A stretch of DNA of 42,279 bases, taken from positions 1-42,279 of the forward strand of contig JBBTXX010000010.1 in assembly GCA_038062065.1 (NCBI GenBank), given 5' to 3'. Of this stretch, positions 41,896 to 42,279 are shown piece by piece. Position numbers and translations under genes: made by a program. Every line of letters starts with the position of its first letter. The first letter of the stretch is position 1. Source of the DNA: Patescibacteria group bacterium (lineage in GTDB: Bacteria; Patescibacteriota; Minisyncoccia; Phycocordibacterales; JAKFXT01). The notes below the pieces were generated by a model. The model saw nothing but the letters and a program-made list of their open reading frames with translations, was not told the origin of the DNA and searched no databases.

Positions 41896-42279
41896 ACGCC
41901 TTTATCCTGAATAAACTGAAGAATATTTTTTGCCCTCGCCTCCCATGTGTAATTCATAACCGCCTCGGTATTTCTCTTAGCCACCTCTTCCACTTTAGCC
42001 GGCTCTAACCTAATAGAAGCTACCACCTTAGTAAAGTCGCCAGCTTCTTCTGGTTTAAAAGAGTGGGCTCTGTCGCCCAAAATCTCTCTCATGATATCCA
42101 AATCGGAATAGAGTATGGGACGGCCAGTGGCCATATACTCCCAAACCTTCATAGGAAACCCATAATCTCTAAAGTGGGGTTTATCCGGGTAAGGAATTAC
42201 CAGCAAGTCCATGGCTAACTCATACTCAATAACTTTTTCAAAAGGTTGTCTATTTACGAAAATACATCTGTTTTCTACG
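41892..42279 (-). CDS. GT4-family glycosyltransferase, C-terminal part (N-terminus beyond the right edge)
   Basis: The frame is open from the right edge to the stop at 41892. The motif PMKVWEYMATGRPILYSDL matches the GT4 gene at 35103-36200. Confidence 0.75.
   Translation of the reverse strand, partial: VENRCIFVNRQPFEKVIEYELAMDLLVIPYPDKPHFRDYGFPMKVWEYMATGRPILYSDLDIMREILGDRAHSFKPEEAGDFTKVVASIRLEPAKVEEVAKRNTEAVMNYTWEARAKNILQFIQDKGV

Noticed and set aside
1-42279. CRISPR arrays, rRNA/tRNA genes, transposases/IS elements, and toxin-antitoxin or classical defence genes
   Set aside because: I scanned the few intergenic regions (2273-2587, 13711-14143, 15179-15670, 16283-16580, 22003-22130, 23178-23226, 32009-32156). 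I found no regularly spaced direct repeats, no RNA-gene signatures and no mobile-element proteins among the ORFs.

Overview
This 42.3-kb chromosomal segment is almost fully coding and lies almost entirely on the minus strand. Several traits suggest a small-genome Patescibacteria/CPR-like bacterium: a lone gatB, a short obg, a SecA without the Zn-finger tail, murB, a giant Ser/Thr-rich surface protein, and many 4-nt ATGA stop/start overlaps. This taxonomy is inference only. Positions 1-16.3 kb carry housekeeping and envelope genes. They include a >757-aa HTH-TM-fibre protein that runs off the left edge and is absent from the supplied ORF track. After it come gatB, obg, a MYG1-family protein, a PF04020 holin-family membrane protein, DedA, an ABC-2 exporter pair, a rhodanese, a DsbA-like fusion, a NUDIX hydrolase, secA, murB and an MlaC-like protein. 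Positions 16.5-42.3 kb form a ~26-kb surface-glycan locus. It contains an O-antigen-ligase-like/TPR protein, a Wzx-type flippase, GT4/GT2/GT9 glycosyltransferases and an ArnC/ArnT-like pair. It also has a KdsB-like cytidylyltransferase module, an AsnB-like amidotransferase, an APH-fold kinase and five methyltransferases. I found no rRNA, tRNA, CRISPR array, transposase or integrase. Five items most deserve a second look. (1) A GC-rich ~290-nt unit upstream of murB has a near-consensus promoter and a terminator, and could be a structured RNA or a small tail-anchored peptide. (2) A five-gene cytidylyltransferase module has no aldolase/synthase gene in the window, and heptose-pathway signatures lie nearby. 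(3) A single plus-strand, GC-rich gene with its own promoter and terminator sits inside the glycan locus. (4) The membrane-tethered HTH-fibre protein carries repeats whose synonymous sites are almost fully diverged. (5) Two unrelated perfect 40-nt palindromes, a duplicated promoter-like element and a 23-codon polybasic micro-ORF occupy the few intergenic gaps. All homology calls rest on motif recognition by eye, because no searches could be run.
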